Position numbers and translations under genes: made by a program
The notes under the pieces: model-generated
Told to the model about the DNA's origin: nothing
Database searches by the model: none
What the model saw: the letters and a program-made list of their open reading frames with translations, nothing else
Part shown: positions 33,178 to 35,619 of the stretch, in pieces
Layout of the letters: each line of letters opens with the position of its first letter
Numbering within the stretch: the first letter of the stretch is position 1
Source: a virus
Taxonomy: Duplodnaviria > Caudoviricetes
Direction: 5' to 3' (one strand)
DNA: 35,619 nt
Virus record (IMG/VR): IMGVR_UViG_3300017988_000572
Span: 1-35,619 of that record

Positions 33178-35619
33178 ATGCTGGTGATGACCTATACAGT
33201 CGGGTCGGTGGAGACCGACATTTCCAGTTATGTAGACTGGGCGTCCGTCAGCATCCAAGAGCAGATCAATGTTCCTACGCAACTGACCTTCAACGCTTAT
33301 AACAAGGACAGCGGCTTTCCTGCTGTTGTCCAGCGGGCCTACATCCAGCTCTTCTCGACCGCCTTCAACCGCAGCCTCTTTACCGGGTTTGTTGCCAGCC
33401 AGCCCAACGCCGTTTTTCAAGGGATACGACCTGGGGGCGTGCAGCTTTTTCAATATCAATTCATCTGTACCTCCGATGAGTACCTGCTGAACATCAAGGC
33501 TGTGCCGTTCATCCCCGCGTTCGTAGACCAGACGCAGGGAGAGATTCTGGCTGGACTAGCGGAACTGCTCTGCCCGGGGTACTTCGACACCTCAGCCATC
33601 GGCTCCGGCGACATCGAGCCCTTCTATCAATACGACCCGACCCAGAGCTGGTGCGAGATTGCCAAGAACTTCGCCGACGACAGCCGCTATCGTTACCACG
33701 CGCGAGACAAGAAGATTTGGTTCCAACCCTACGGCGACGGGCCGCTAGGGGTTAAGTACGACGAGACGCTGCCTGATCGCACCTTCGACCCTAGTTCTGC
33801 TGGACTGCAGACGCAGGTGCTGGCTGTGCCGATCGTGAACGATGTGACTATCATTGGCGATGTGGAGGCGGGCAACAGTCGCGAGGACTACTTTATCGGA
33901 GATGGATTTACCGGCAACTTCCCCTTGAGGCATAAGGTATTTCGTGGATCGAGCACGCTGCTGGTGAGCGACGACTGGACCGAGTCCTCTTACAACACGC
34001 AGCAGTGGTACGTGAACGATCCAGGAGACCAGTTCAATATCGGTGCTGGTGCTCTGAACCTCGTGAGCAGCTTTGCGCTGCCGTTGGGGCAGGCCTATAT
34101 CCAGTACAACAACGGTTTGGAGCTGGCTGGAGGAATCGACCTGGAGCACGGAGAGTTCGGCTTCAACGACTACTCCGTGGGAATCATTGGCGGCCTCTAC
34201 ACCGAGGCTCTGGACACAAACGCGCCCTACTCAAGCGGCAACTGTCTAGGAGGGTTTTTCATTTCGTCGCCCAGCGGTGTAGAGACCAGCGCCTCTGGTG
34301 CTGCTGGCGTAGTGATGCAGCCGACTTGGGAAGGACAGCCAATCGGCACCCCGGTGGTGTCGGAGATCAACCACACCTACGTGCTTCAGACTGTGATCAC
34401 CGCCCCGCAATACGTGCGCTACAACCGCTGGTATCGTTCGCTGGCGGGCACCCAGTACGGCGGAGTGGAGACAGCCGTGACCGGCGATGTTACCTTCATT
34501 ATTCAGGACTACGACATCGCTGCCGCTACCGGCTTCTATTACCTGCCGAACATCACCAAGGTATCGGTGAACGCCGTCAATCTGCCTGCTTTTGCTGTTT
34601 ACGGACTGATCAACAATCAGCAGCTGAACTTGACTGTGAACTACACTACGCTGGCGATCATGCCTATGGGGTCGCTGTCGGCTTACGAGGGACCAAGCGG
34701 TCTGTGGCAGCCTACCGGACTGATTCTGCCCATGCTGCCTCCGGGGATTGTCGCGCCGCAGACACCCGAGTTTCAGGTATGCGAGAACGCCCCGCTGATC
34801 ACCGAGCCGTGGACTAATCCACAAAACGCCTTGCTGGACGTGCCTCTGTCTACAGCCTGTGCCGAGGGCACCGCTGGGTCCGCGCGGACCATAGGACCAA
34901 TGGTCGCTTCTGGGGCTGTATTTGACATTCCTTCTGACGCGACGATTGTCGGAGTCGAGTTGTCTTTTGATGCGTTCGGGGTTGCTGGAGAGACGTTGAC
35001 CGCGCAGTTGATGCTGGGAGGGGTGCTGATTGGATCGCCGCGGAGCATGTCCTTCGATGAGGTCGGCAGCGGTCCTCCTTTGGGGGGCCAAACTGATTTG
35101 TGGGGAACCGCGACCCTTACGCCAGCCAACATCAATGAACTTCAGTTCGCGATCACCGCGTATCTGGAGAGCGGCGCTGTTGTACAGGTGAACACGCTAG
35201 CGCCGGTTGTTTACTACACCGGCGGGACGCCCACTTATCCTGGACCGGTGCCTCCGTGGCCATCCGATGCTAGCGGGAACATCTGGCCGCCGCCTCTGCC
35301 ACGAAGCAACACGCCGACGCAGGAAGTGCTGGGCAACGGATTTGAATTGCAGGCCGCGCAGGTGACCCAGGGCAACGAGGTTGATACGCTGGCCTTCTAC
35401 GCGCAGAGTCTTCCCGCGGCTGGTACGCCGGTGAGATTTTTGTCCTGGGAAGCGCGGGCCGCTATTTCACGCATTCAGTCCTCCGGCAGCATCGCTGCTG
35501 AAGCCGCGGTGGTGGGAGATGACGGCATTCGCTCCGCCATTGTGTCAAATCTGAGCCCGCTGCCGCGGACCAGTGAGGATTGCGATGCCGCCGCGCAGGC
35601 CTTCATCGATGACCGCACT
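33178..35619 (+). CDS. Tail tip/baseplate hub-like protein, 3'-truncated by window end (not in ORF track)
   Basis: TAAGGAG RBS, ATG 33178; MLVMTYTVGSVETDISSYVDWASVSIQEQINVPTQLTF...LFTGFV...; I saw no stop codon to 35619. Confidence 0.85.
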   Translation, partial: MLVMTYTVGSVETDISSYVDWASVSIQEQINVPTQLTFNAYNKDSGFPAVVQRAYIQLFSTAFNRSLFTGFVASQPNAVFQGIRPGGVQLFQYQFICTSDEYLLNIKAVPFIPAFVDQTQGEILAGLAELLCPGYFDTSAIGSGDIEPFYQYDPTQSWCEIAKNFADDSRYRYHARDKKIWFQPYGDGPLGVKYDETLPDRTFDPSSAGLQTQVLAVPIVNDVTIIGDVEAGNSREDYFIGDGFTGNFPLRHKVFRGSSTLLVSDDWTESSYNTQQWYVNDPGDQFNIGAGALNLVSSFALPLGQAYIQYNNGLELAGGIDLEHGEFGFNDYSVGIIGGLYTEALDTNAPYSSGNCLGGFFISSPSGVETSASGAAGVVMQPTWEGQPIGTPVVSEINHTYVLQTVITAPQYVRYNRWYRSLAGTQYGGVETAVTGDVTFIIQDYDIAAATGFYYLPNITKVSVNAVNLPAFAVYGLINNQQLNLTVNYTTLAIMPMGSLSAYEGPSGLWQPTGLILPMLPPGIVAPQTPEFQVCENAPLITEPWTNPQNALLDVPLSTACAEGTAGSARTIGPMVASGAVFDIPSDATIVGVELSFDAFGVAGETLTAQLMLGGVLIGSPRSMSFDEVGSGPPLGGQTDLWGTATLTPANINELQFAITAYLESGAVVQVNTLAPVVYYTGGTPTYPGPVPPWPSDASGNIWPPPLPRSNTPTQEVLGNGFELQAAQVTQGNEVDTLAFYAQSLPAAGTPVRFLSWEARAAISRIQSSGSIAAEAAVVGDDGIRSAIVSNLSPLPRTSEDCDAAAQAFIDDRT

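Larger units (their letters stand above)
1..35619 (+). mobile_element. Tailed phage/prophage (siphovirus-like) virion morphogenesis region
   Basis: Co-oriented portal, protease/scaffold, capsid, neck, tail tube, chaperone, long tape measure and tail-tip genes; no sheath gene. No integrase or att site is in the window, so free phage and prophage cannot be distinguished. Confidence 0.96.

Noticed and set aside
34005-35091. ORF-track calls 34005..34817 (+) and 34246..35091 (-)
   Set aside because: Arg-rich off-frame readings of the real gene starting at 33178.

Overview
The window is the head-to-tail morphogenesis region of a GC-rich, siphovirus-type tailed phage or prophage, with all real genes on the + strand. 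An Acidobacteriota-like host is an inference. Gene order: four small hypothetical genes and a terminator; an HK97-type portal with a 360-aa LAGLIDADG intein; four signal-peptide-bearing fibre-like genes; prohead protease with nested scaffold; major capsid; a HiPIP-like gene; a ~9.3 kb 'cargo' block; neck genes; tail tube; chaperones with a probable -1 frameshift; a 1542-aa tape measure; and a truncated tail-tip gene missing from the ORF track. Four observations stand out. (1) A 1.7-kaa polyprotein in which seven copies of [hydrophobic]-x-A-YSxDExRDxHG(R/E)W separate Zeta-kinase, Fic, two ADP-ribosyltransferase-like, HAD and unknown modules, followed by a terminal ParB-like module. Two small +1-frame genes with their own RBS are overprinted in its linkers (candidate immunity genes). 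A HipA/PI3-4-like kinase gene with the same tag and a pyrophosphatase-domain gene follow. Together these suggest a protease-processed, capsid-packaged effector payload. (2) Four apparently Sec-exported fibre proteins with paired Cys, in the portal operon. (3) A four-copy promoter (AGCTTGCTGTTG, 17-nt spacer, -10 box), three copies of which predict leaderless mRNAs. (4) A pervasive assemblin-like hydrophobic-x-Ala candidate cleavage motif in head proteins. All family assignments come from motif recognition by eye; no searches were run.
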